This document shows, in pieces, positions 61,435 to 64,000 of a stretch of 64,000 bases of DNA. The stretch covers positions 11,408,001-11,472,000 of the forward strand of contig NC_043023.1 in the NCBI RefSeq assembly GCF_006345805.1. Direction: 5' to 3'. Made by a program: the position numbers and the translations under genes. The DNA is from Octopus sinensis. Lineage: Eukaryota. Numbering within the stretch: position 1 is the stretch's first letter; every line of letters starts with the position of its first letter. The notes below the pieces were generated by a model, which was not told the origin of the DNA, did not search any database, and was given only the letters and a program-made list of their open reading frames with translations.

Positions 61435-61806
61435 CTCTTTTACTTGTTTCAGTCATTTGACTGCGGCCATGCTGGAGCACCGCCTTTAGTTGAGCAAATC
61501 GACCCTGGGACTTATTCTTTTGCAAGCCCAGTACTTATTCTATCAGTCTCTTTTGCTGAACCGCTAGGTGACGCGGACATAAACACACCAGCATCGGTTG
61601 TCAAGCAATGCTAGGGGGACAAACACACACACATATACATATATACGACAGGCTTCTTTCAGTTTCCGTCTACCAAATCCACTCACAAGGCTTTGGTCGA
61701 CCCGAGGCTATACTAGAAGACACTTGCCCAATATGCCACGCAGTGGGACTGAACCCGGAACCCTGTGATTGGTTAGCAAGCTACTTACCACACAGCCACT
61801 CCTGCG
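61435..61806 (-). mobile_element. Full-length CORE-like SINE
   Basis: Reverse complement of 2164-2540. Confidence 0.8.
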
Positions 61807-62485
61807 CAAAGATTCACCAATTGTGAGGTAAGTGCCCTACCGCCTAAGCCACACCACTTCTGAGGTGAAACAAGTGAAAGGAGAGAAGAGAAAGAAAAGA
61901 GATAAATAATTAGAGAAAGGTAGAGACGATTCATCTATATACAGAATGTTGTAAAACTTTCAATGTCTCAATGGATTCTGACCTATGCAAACACAGACAT
62001 TAAATGGATGACGGTGTTGATGTTGTAAGATTTGCAATGTTGAATTATTATGTCACTTAACTATTCTCTTTATCTCACTGCTTCTTTTTCTATTTCAGAA
62101 TATCACATCATGTTGACGTAGAAGAAATTTCTTCATTCAGATGTACCTTTGATATTTTGATTGACTTTCATTAATTAAAGGAAGACCATGTATTCATAAG
62201 GCACATTCATCAACGCATCAACCTCTTTATACAAATAAAATCTTCAATGAACGATGGGAAAATAATTCTTCTGGACAATGGAATTAACAGCAACATTTTT
62301 GTTGTCTTCACTGTCTGGAATGTAGAGAAGATGATTGCTTTAAAGCTTAATTAAGCTTGCATAACTTTACAAAGGAGTTGATAGATTAGATATTAAGTAA
62401 GATCCCAGATAAAAGAAACGGCATTGAATATAGTGACTCAACTGAACACAAACACATTCATATATATGGAAAAGACACTTTCATT

Positions 62486-63658
62486 GTGATATGTATGATC
62501 AATCATTCTCTCATGATGAATCATTTAACTAAAGCAAACAACCCTGATGTAGGAGAGAAACCATATCGCTGTAATATCTGTGGTAAATCATTCTCTCGAC
62601 GTAGTCACCTTACTAGGCATAAACATATTCATACAGGAGAGAAACCCTATCATTGTGATATCTGTGGTGAATCATACTCTTATAATAGTCAGTTGATTAT
62701 TCACAAACGTGTTCATACAGGAGAGAAGCCATATCATTGTGATATTTGTGGTAAATCCTTCTCTGGAAAGGGCGACTTGACTAAACACAAACGTGTTCAT
62801 ACAGGAGAGAAGCCATTTCATTGTGACATTTGTGGTAAATCATTCTCTCGAAGTGGTGCCTTGCTTAAACACAAACGTACTCATACAGGAGAGAAGCCAT
62901 ATCATTGTGATATCTGTGGTAAATCATTCTCCGAAAGGAATCATTTGACTCGCCACAAACGTATTCATACTGGAGAAAAGCCATATCATTGTGATATCTG
63001 TGGTAAATCATTCTCTCAAAGTGGGCATTTGACTAGACACAAATATACACATACAGGAGAAAAGCCATATGATTGTGATATTTGTGTTAAATTATTCAGT
63101 CAAAGGATTCCCTTGTCTGAACACAAACATATTCATACTGCAGAAAAACCATATGATTGTGATGTCTGTGCTAAATCATTCTCTAGAAGTGGGGACTTGA
63201 CTAAACACAAACGCATTCATACAGGAGAGAAGCCCTATCATTGTAATATCTGTGGTGAATCATTCTCTGAAAGCAGTACCTTGACTAAACACAAACGTAC
63301 ACATACAGGAGAAAAGCCATATCAGTGTGATATTTGTGGTAAATCGTTTTCTCGAAATAGCATTTTAACTTGTCACAAAAGTGTTCATACAGGAGAGAAT
63401 CCATACCCTTGTCATATCTGTGGTAAATCATTCTTTTATAAAAGTCACTTGACTACTCACATACGCATTCATACTGGGGAAAAACCATATCACTGTGATA
63501 TCTGTGGTAATACATTTTTTAGAAATAGCGATTTAACAAGTCACAAGCGTGTTCATACAGGAGAGAAGCCGTATCAGTGTGATGTCTGCGGTAAATCATT
63601 CTCTCAAAGTGGTACCTTAACTAAACACAAGTTGGTACATACAAGAGAGAAGCCATAA
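62486..63658 (+). CDS. ZF-K: 13-finger C2H2 array
   Basis: ORF track 390 aa (GTG start; in-frame ATGs follow). It ends at TAT>TAA in the KPY linker, followed by degenerate fingers. Confidence 0.92.
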   Translation: MICMINHSLMMNHLTKANNPDVGEKPYRCNICGKSFSRRSHLTRHKHIHTGEKPYHCDICGESYSYNSQLIIHKRVHTGEKPYHCDICGKSFSGKGDLTKHKRVHTGEKPFHCDICGKSFSRSGALLKHKRTHTGEKPYHCDICGKSFSERNHLTRHKRIHTGEKPYHCDICGKSFSQSGHLTRHKYTHTGEKPYDCDICVKLFSQRIPLSEHKHIHTAEKPYDCDVCAKSFSRSGDLTKHKRIHTGEKPYHCNICGESFSESSTLTKHKRTHTGEKPYQCDICGKSFSRNSILTCHKSVHTGENPYPCHICGKSFFYKSHLTTHIRIHTGEKPYHCDICGNTFFRNSDLTSHKRVHTGEKPYQCDVCGKSFSQSGTLTKHKLVHTREKP

Positions 63659-64000
63659 CTTTCCAATCCCTGTGGTAATTATTTTTGGGAAATGGTGTTT
63701 CAACTATACATGAACATTTCCATACTCTACAGAAACAGTCGTTGTGATATCTCTGGAAAATCTTTCTCTCGTAGATCTATCGTATATTTCTGGTGTTTAA
63801 ATGACTGTGTACAAGATGATGCCTAAGATTTCCATTTAAAAAGTGTGTTTTGAGATATATTTGATGTATACCATAATAAATACATTATGTACAGAATGCG
63901 AGGGAATGCAACTCTCGAAGCAAGAGTGAGGTATTTATGTATAGGAATGCCCTTGATGTAAATAAATATATACACACCCATACACACAGACATATATATA

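Larger units (their letters stand above)
58194..62098 (+). other. Putative 5'-UTR intron of ZF-K (TE-rich)
   Basis: ACG|GTAAGT donor at 58194 and TTTCTATTTCAG acceptor at 62098. Confidence 0.6.

Overview
AT-rich eukaryotic DNA, inferred to be octopod cephalopod from the C2H2 array style and the SINE repertoire. The window is a tandem cluster of effector-less C2H2 zinc-finger genes (consensus [16 protein letters not shown], 84-bp unit). It holds 11 recognisable paralogs, labelled here ZF-A to ZF-K, on both strands, plus decayed fragments. Nine paralogs sit behind a co-duplicated promoter/first-exon cassette. That cassette carries a CTCF-like motif 113-139 bp upstream of a GT donor, then an intron, a conserved acceptor, a conserved untranslated leader (typically about 350-450 nt), the single finger-array exon and a conserved 3' UTR. 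ZF-C and ZF-D are promoterless tandem duplicates downstream of the ZF-B promoter. Most copies carry nonsense, frameshift or start-codon lesions. Arrays show finger-level shuffling: a near-perfect 14x 84-bp array, a 12-finger higher-order duplication, an in-frame chimera, and a 167-bp frameshifted unit amplified after the stop. Spacers contain tRNA-derived SINEs, a 29-bp-TIR MITE family, non-autonomous Helitrons, RTE and CR1 LINE 3' fragments and a Gypsy-like integrase remnant. Exon/intron and motif calls come from sequence inspection only, with no expression data.
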